22,055 nucleotides of DNA from Candidatus Altiarchaeota archaeon (GTDB lineage Archaea > Altiarchaeota > Altiarchaeia > IMC4 > SCGC-AAA252-I15). Of the stretch, positions 17,052-22,055 are shown piece by piece. Within the stretch, counting starts at the first letter, position 1; each line of letters opens with the position of its first letter. A program made the position numbers and the translations under genes. The notes beneath the pieces are model-generated. The model ran no database searches. It was not told the origin of the DNA and saw only the letters and a program-made list of their open reading frames with translations. The stretch covers positions 1-22,055 of the forward strand of contig JAZDIN010000045.1 in the NCBI GenBank assembly GCA_043804895.1, written 5' to 3'.

Positions 17052-17891
17052 TTACTTAGCTTTGGTAAATATTGCAGCGGTGAAGTCAATCTGGTCCAAG
17101 ATTGGTTCATTACCAACCATAAACTCGCCAGTTTCTCCACTCACACAATCTGTCTTTTGTACCGCTCTCCCTAGGAAAGTATATGAAGGACAGTAAGTTT
17201 GGCTAGCTGTAAGAGAACCATCCCCTACTTCAACGCAAAGACCGACATAGTTTTGCCAAGATGGTTGCATCCCTCCTACCTCATCTATACATCCTTGTGC
17301 GCTTCTCACATACAACCATTCACTCCCTCCAGTAGATTGACTTTCACTTTGGCAATGTTCACCACTCATTTCCCATGCATTATATAGCACCTTGAAGTAG
17401 TTGGCACAAGCAGTACAAACTCCTGCTACTGGGTCACAAACGGCAACTTGTGGTTTGTTTCCTCCTTTGTTGCCGGCATTACCTGCCCCACAACCGGTAG
17501 AGTCAACACATTCTACAGCACCAACACACGCCTTTGCCGACGGGCTCCAGCCACAGGCGTTTACAAGATAGTCCTGTATGTTCGGGTCGTATCTCCAATT
17601 ACAATCACCGTTCTGATAGTTGAGGTTTAACCCACTAGCCCCACAGGTCTGACCTAGACCTATCGGGCATTGAATCACTTCCCGACTACCTGCAATTTTA
17701 CTAACATCTGCTGAATTAGGACTATCTGAGCCCTTATAGAAGAAGTGGCACATATGTTTTGCAGGGCCCACGAGTATACCCTTTCCGCCTACTGCGGCAG
17801 TCGACAACGTGTCCGGCCACTTGGCCCCGAACCAAACAACCACGCCAATAGCAACTAACACTATTACCGCCCCAGTCAAGAGATTAGCCAT
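17052..17891 (-). CDS. Membrane-anchored cysteine-rich hypothetical protein
   Basis: MANLLTGAVIVLVAIGVVVWFG TM anchor, then many Cys and Gly residues. SD GGAGGT upstream of ATG 17891. Confidence 0.82.
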   Translation of the reverse strand: MANLLTGAVIVLVAIGVVVWFGAKWPDTLSTAAVGGKGILVGPAKHMCHFFYKGSDSPNSADVSKIAGSREVIQCPIGLGQTCGASGLNLNYQNGDCNWRYDPNIQDYLVNACGWSPSAKACVGAVECVDSTGCGAGNAGNKGGNKPQVAVCDPVAGVCTACANYFKVLYNAWEMSGEHCQSESQSTGGSEWLYVRSAQGCIDEVGGMQPSWQNYVGLCVEVGDGSLTASQTYCPSYTFLGRAVQKTDCVSGETGEFMVGNEPILDQIDFTAAIFTKAK

Positions 17892-18015
17892 CTTTTGAAC
17901 CTCCAATGTATAGTATATATATCATCGGATTAGTTAAAAGACCTGCGATTGTCTCATCTACCACCATAAATCTGGGGTAGAGTATAATCTTTCCTTTTTT
18001 CGGTACCCTGATAAA

Positions 18016-18065
18016 TTCGCCCCGATCGGGTTTTAAACAGTTTGTTCAGTTTAAGTGTGGAAAAC
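18016..18065 (+). repeat. Cassette-boundary repeat R2
   Basis: TTCGCCCCGATCGGGTTTTAAACAGTTTGTTCAGTTTAAGTGTGGAAAAC. The upstream TTCCTTTTTTCGG.AC.CTGATAA is shared with R4. Confidence 0.93.
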
Positions 18066-18097
18066 TTTCTATATGACTACACTTCCAAGGTATGTAG

Positions 18098-19048
18098 TCA
18101 TATGTCTTTAAGGTTTTTTCCTAGCTTATCATAGGATCTTAACATCAGGTCAATGCTCGGCCTTATGTTGCTCTCTTTTTGATATGCATGGAGGGAGGAA
18201 TAGTACTCTCTGTCGGACTTAACTTCAATATTCACTGGAGGTAGTCCGTGTTTCAACAGTATGTTGTTCATTAGTAGTCTTCCGACCCTGCCGTTTCCGT
18301 CCTCAAACGGGTGGATGCTCTCGAATTGGTTGTGGACGACTGCTGCAAGGACAATGGGGTGATACCTGTTTTTGCTCTTTTTGTACCACTCAACAAGCTC
18401 TTTCAGAAGACTCAACACCTTATTCTGCGGTGCGCCCCTGTGGACCACCTCTCCAAGCCTGTTTTTCACAACTACTTCCACTCCTGGGGGACGCATCCTG
18501 CCTGCGAACCTCTTGGAGTTCTTGAAGACAATCCTGTGCAAATCCGTCATCAATTCGATTGACAGGTGTTCCTTCGTTTCCCTAACCAACTTGACCGCGT
18601 CAGATACTCCATACGTCTCAGCAATCTCATCCTTGGCTTTGTCAGGCCACTTATCATTCTCTAGTATACCTTTAACTTCGGCTAAATTCACAGTCGAACC
18701 TTCTATTGCGTTCGTATCATATGCGAAAAGCTCCGTGAACCTAACCCACTGCTCTTCAGACAGATGGCTTATTTTGATGTCGTGCTTTCCTACCAAGGAC
18801 TTGATAGATGCCATCTCCTGAGGGGACAGAACAGTCTTCAGGGGGTCGCGGATGTTCTTGTACGACTGCGCCTGCCACATCAGCTCCTTCTCAGCAGCAG
18901 GCCGCAACGATGCAACCTCCTTCTCGGTGAGGTTGACTCCGAGGTACTTCCTCAGCCTCTTAACTTTGCCTTCGTGACGGAAAGAATGAGCCGCATAATA
19001 GAACTTCTTCCCGCCGCGCTTCTGAACCTCAATGTGCATCAATAACAC
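18098..19048 (-). CDS. Fic family protein
   Basis: Canonical Fic motif HPFEDGNGRVGR. DTNAIEG resembles the (S/T)xxxE(G/N) inhibitory motif. N-terminal KKFYYAAHSFR...RKYLG domain. Start may be ATG 19039. Confidence 0.95.
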   Translation of the reverse strand: MLLMHIEVQKRGGKKFYYAAHSFRHEGKVKRLRKYLGVNLTEKEVASLRPAAEKELMWQAQSYKNIRDPLKTVLSPQEMASIKSLVGKHDIKISHLSEEQWVRFTELFAYDTNAIEGSTVNLAEVKGILENDKWPDKAKDEIAETYGVSDAVKLVRETKEHLSIELMTDLHRIVFKNSKRFAGRMRPPGVEVVVKNRLGEVVHRGAPQNKVLSLLKELVEWYKKSKNRYHPIVLAAVVHNQFESIHPFEDGNGRVGRLLMNNILLKHGLPPVNIEVKSDREYYSSLHAYQKESNIRPSIDLMLRSYDKLGKNLKDI

Positions 19049-19092
19049 TATATGACTACAAGTTTAAATATGATTACAGGTATATGACTACA
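19048..19092 (-). promoter_or_regulatory. Fic promoter region: TATA-like box bracketed by ATATGA(C/T)TACA direct repeats
   Basis: Copies at 19050-19060, 19068-19078 and 19082-19092, with TTTAAATA between the first two. Confidence 0.6.
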
Positions 19093-19181
19093 GATAGAAC
19101 AGAGTGTTCAATCCCCTACGGGTGTTCGGACAACATAAAGAATAACGCCCATGGATACATTATAACTGCGAATTGGCTAGC

Positions 19182-19265
19182 TTCGCCCGCATCGGGACTA
19201 GAACAAAATGTTCGGTTTAAAGGGGCGTACTTTTAGGAGGGGGGGAATAAGGGTTTTAACCCCTG
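19182..19265 (+). repeat. Cassette-boundary repeat R3
   Basis: TTCGCCCGCATCGGGACTAGAACAAAATGTTCGGTTTAAAGGGGCGTAC followed by tail GGGTTTTAACCC. Confidence 0.95.
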
Positions 19266-19284
19266 TTCATATACTGTAGATGAG

Positions 19285-20400
19285 ATGGTGGTTTGGTTGC
19301 GTATACTAGGTGGTTTATTTTTACTGTTTTTGGTGTGCGGGTGTATAACTTCACAAATAGAGGAGACAACGACAATAAGAACACCTGAACCCGCAGTTTC
19401 CTCCACTACCCTCACCCCCACAACTTCAACTGTTTGCTACATTATCCGCAAGGGAGAGTCGATTAAAGAAGTACCGCCAAATGCCTGTTATATTATCGCA
19501 GATGAAGAGGAGCAGAAGAGTTTATCCTACTGTGATCATTTTGAAGGGGGGGAAAGGGATGAGTGCTATACGGAAATAGCAAGGCTGAATCAGGATATAA
19601 GATTATGTAACAAAATAGAGGTGAAAAAATCAAAATACGTTTGCAAGTATGGTCTGACACTAATCCTTTTAAGGGACAGGAATATAACTGTTGAAAAGGC
19701 ACTAGAGTTTTGTGAAGAAATGGGTGAAGCAGATATAAGAGATTTTCCTGAAAGCCTGTGTATTAAAAGTGTTGCTGTTGTTTCTGATCAGCCCCTCCTT
19801 AACCAAGATGCCGGCAAACAAATAACTCAAGAGGCAGACCTTAAAGAAGTAAGGAGCTGTTGGACTGAATCGTTTGAGTTTGAAGACAAAAAAATTGACC
19901 TTGTTGAAATTTCTTATGGCCCCCCACAGGACTGTTTTTCTGGATGTTTTCACAGTTCATTTGGGGGGATAATCGAAAATGGCGAATCTTTTCAGATTTG
20001 CAATTTCAATTACAATGCTGAGGGGAATAATTTACAGCTTTACCCTAAACCGCAAATTTTAGCCGGCCTTGTTGACTCTATGCAGATTTATTCAAACGTT
20101 TCTTTTGGAGGTGGATATAACTATTACAGAACTTTTTCTGACTGTTTTATAAGATATATGCACGAAATCAATTTGACTGAAGACTTTTGCTCAAACCTTT
20201 CAGATGAAGGGGAAAAACAAACATGCTTTGATTTGCTGATAGTTGACCAGAAAAAGTATGAGGATTGTGACAAGATTTATTTACCAAGATTAAGAGACCA
20301 TTGTTTTCTTCTTTCTGCTTTCAAATCAAAGGAAATCAATAAATGTGGGGGAATTTCTGATCTTGGAACCAGAGAATATTGCATTAACACGTTAGACTAA
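19285..20400 (+). CDS. Putative lipoprotein with Thr-rich linker and Cys-paired helical repeats
   Basis: LFLLFLVCGC signal; repeated C..(I/L/F).....(R/K)D.C(Y/F/I) units. Visibly more AT-rich than the left half of the window. Confidence 0.85.
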   Translation: MVVWLRILGGLFLLFLVCGCITSQIEETTTIRTPEPAVSSTTLTPTTSTVCYIIRKGESIKEVPPNACYIIADEEEQKSLSYCDHFEGGERDECYTEIARLNQDIRLCNKIEVKKSKYVCKYGLTLILLRDRNITVEKALEFCEEMGEADIRDFPESLCIKSVAVVSDQPLLNQDAGKQITQEADLKEVRSCWTESFEFEDKKIDLVEISYGPPQDCFSGCFHSSFGGIIENGESFQICNFNYNAEGNNLQLYPKPQILAGLVDSMQIYSNVSFGGGYNYYRTFSDCFIRYMHEINLTEDFCSNLSDEGEKQTCFDLLIVDQKKYEDCDKIYLPRLRDHCFLLSAFKSKEINKCGGISDLGTREYCINTLD

Positions 20401-20574
20401 TATAAACGTTCAAATAACAGTGAAAAGCTCTCAAACGGATTCTATAATAAAAAATTAGTCTAGTAGTCCTAAACTGGTATCCCGTCGTCTTATTGGGGTA
20501 TATCGGTCTCTCCATCGGATATGGAGTGCTGCATCCTTCTATAAAATCATTCCTTTTTTCGGAACTCTGATAAC

Positions 20575-20623
20575 TTCGCCCGCATCGGGACTAGAACAAT
20601 CTGTTCGGTTATGGCGGGGATAC
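20575..20623 (+). repeat. Cassette-boundary repeat R4
   Basis: TTCGCCCGCATCGGGACTAGAACAATCTGTTCGGTTATGGCGGGGATAC. Confidence 0.95.
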
Positions 20624-20689
20624 TCATTAGGAGTATTTATATACTTAGGTATCCCCATGTATACTTAGGAGTACTATCTGAGGGATTAC

Positions 20690-20932
20690 ATGGACACAAC
20701 AACGATAAAGCTCTATGGTGAGACGAAATTACAGTTGAACCAGTTTAGGGAATACAAAAACGAAAGCTATGACGAAATAGTAAAGAAACTAGTTTATATA
20801 GCCAGGACCGTGGGAAAAGACCCTAAACTAAGCAGTCAAACAGTCCGTGACATAGAGGCAGCCAGAGAAAGACTACGGAATGGAGAATTCTACAGTGAAC
20901 AGCAAGTTGCCAAGATGCTGGGCTTAAAGTGA
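20690..20932 (+). CDS. Putative antitoxin (ribbon-helix-helix-like N-terminus)
   Basis: MDTTTIKL...L..F....NESYDEIVKKL; C-terminal GEFYSEQQVAKMLGL. Overlaps the RelE-type gene by 4 nt (GTGA). Confidence 0.85.
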   Translation: MDTTTIKLYGETKLQLNQFREYKNESYDEIVKKLVYIARTVGKDPKLSSQTVRDIEAARERLRNGEFYSEQQVAKMLGLK

Positions 20933-21189
20933 AACAGGAGTACACGGTAAAGTTTGACACAGATGCGACAGAGGAGTTAGTGAAGCTGCCGCACGACATA
21001 TCTCGCAGAGTATACAAGAAGATAATTGAATCCAAACAAGACCCATACCATTATTGGGTGAGGCTAGAAGGCAGAACAGACTACAGGATACGAGTCGGAG
21101 ACTATCGGGCAATAGCAGACATCATCGAAAACGAAAAACTAATCTATGTGACCAAAATCGGACACAGAAAAACAATCTACCAAGAATAA
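20929..21189 (+). CDS. RelE/ParE family type II toxin
   Basis: YTVKFDTDATEELVKLP, RLEGRTDYRIRVGDYRAI, VTKIGHRKTIY. Confidence 0.93.
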   Translation: MKQEYTVKFDTDATEELVKLPHDISRRVYKKIIESKQDPYHYWVRLEGRTDYRIRVGDYRAIADIIENEKLIYVTKIGHRKTIYQE

Positions 21190-21307
21190 CCATTACTCCT
21201 CAATATCTTACCCCTAGAATCAGAACACAGTGTTCGAATCCCAGAGGGGGTTTTAACAGCACAAGCTATAGCCGCTATAAACCCCATATACTCTCTAATC
21301 AGCTGAT

Positions 21308-21356
21308 ATCGCCCGCATCGGGACTAGAACAAAATGTTCGGTTTAGAGGGGGATAC
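21308..21356 (+). repeat. Cassette-boundary repeat R5
   Basis: ATCGCCCGCATCGGGACTAGAACAAAATGTTCGGTTTAGAGGGGGATAC. Confidence 0.95.
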
Positions 21357-21468
21357 TTCCATAGCCTATCTGGGATACGTATGGATGGCTAGGGGTCCAC
21401 TGCCAAACACTGCATGTAATCCCCGAATTCTTATATCCTTATACACCCAATATATTGATTGGATATTG

Positions 21469-21762
21469 ATGAAAAGCATCACTCAGATTAGGAGGATACT
21501 CCAAAAGCGGAAGGAAGGTTTACATAAGGAATATGGAGTTAGTGAGATTGGGGTCTTCGGGTCTTTTGTGAGGGGGCAGCAGAATAGGCGCAGCGATGTC
21601 GACATACTCGTGGATTTCACCAAAACTCCTGACCTGTTCGAACTTATCAGGTTGGAGAACAGCCTAAGACGCTCGCTCGGCAGAAAAGTAGACCTTGTGA
21701 GAAAAGGCGGAATTAGACCTGAACTTCGGAGGAACATACTGTCCGAGGCAGTGATTATATGA
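21469..21762 (+). CDS. Minimal nucleotidyltransferase (MNT/MntA-type antitoxin)
   Basis: YGVSEIGVFGSFVRGQQNRRSDVDILVDF...LGRKVDLV. Real start likely ATG 21469 (MKSITQ), since the longer ORF runs through repeat R5. Confidence 0.93.
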   Translation: MKSITQIRRILQKRKEGLHKEYGVSEIGVFGSFVRGQQNRRSDVDILVDFTKTPDLFELIRLENSLRRSLGRKVDLVRKGGIRPELRRNILSEAVII

Positions 21763-22055
21763 GGAGAAAGCACAGCCTATATGTGAAAGACATCCTGGAC
21801 GCCATCACTCAGACAGAAAAGTTCGTTGACAGGATGAGTTACCCAGAATTCCAAGCAGATGATAGGACATCCAGCGCCGTTGTGAGAAAACTGGAGATAA
21901 TCGGCGAGGCAGCCAAGAACATACCCCTAGAAATCAGGCAGAAAAACAAGACCATACCCTGGACGGACATGGCCAAGACAAGGGATAAAATAATCCACGG
22001 ATACTTTGGGGTTGACTACGACGTAATCTGGAAAACGGTCAAAGAAAGGCTGCCA
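21759..22055 (+). CDS. HEPN/DUF86 (HepT-like) RNase toxin, 3'-truncated by the window
   Basis: Manual translation: MRRKHSLYVKDILDAI...LEIIGEAAKNIP...IPWTDMAKTRDKIIHGYFGVDYDVIW, with an Rx4HxY motif. ATGA overlap with the MNT stop. Confidence 0.93.
   Translation, partial: MRRKHSLYVKDILDAITQTEKFVDRMSYPEFQADDRTSSAVVRKLEIIGEAAKNIPLEIRQKNKTIPWTDMAKTRDKIIHGYFGVDYDVIWKTVKERLP

Noticed and set aside
21211-21255. tRNA gene suggested by GTTCGAATCCC
   Set aside because: No 5' T-stem, D-arm or anticodon arm can be folded upstream. It is treated as an inverted half-site instead.
16902-21339. LexA (Cheo) SOS box
   Set aside because: The Cheo box is GAAC-N4-GTTC. Here the spacer is N5, the site is embedded in a longer repeat, and the context is archaeal.
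16883-21356. CRISPR array interpretation of the repeats
   Set aside because: The spacers are 0.7-1.4 kb and gene-containing, the repeats are longer and more variable than CRISPR repeats, and no cas genes are present.
21334-21468. N-terminal extension of the MNT ORF
   Set aside because: It runs through repeat R5 and the promoter region. Typical MNT length fits the start at 21469.

Overview
Archaeal-type DNA: NurA, DUF835, an ATP-cone/Mrr-like nuclease, TATA-like promoters and Cys/Thr-rich surface proteins. A DPANN/Altiarchaeota-like lineage is my inference only. Bases 1-14.2 kb are a mixed housekeeping and envelope region: topoisomerase IA 3' end, small wHTH-like ORF, NurA, molybdopterin oxidoreductase, nitroreductase, PfpI, DUF1003, PHP hydrolase, a 964-aa beta-propeller/Cys-rich surface protein, and a soluble FtsH-like protein with a degenerate ATPase. 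From about 14.2 kb to the end, a conserved ~50-bp (up to ~80-bp) non-coding repeat occurs six times in the same orientation (14215 degenerate, 16883, 18016, 19182, 20575, 21308). The five right-hand copies separate single accessory modules: a Cys-rich membrane protein, Fic, an AT-rich lipoprotein, a RelE-type toxin-antitoxin (TA) pair and an MNT-HEPN TA pair. The repeat contains a GAACA-N3-TGTTC palindrome, and its reverse complement resembles a tRNA T-loop plus 3' acceptor strand. It is neither a CRISPR repeat nor a canonical attC, and no integrase is in the window. The best candidate novel system is an integron-like cassette array built on tRNA-end-like recombination sites. A densely hairpinned ~200-nt candidate ncRNA follows the first repeat copy.
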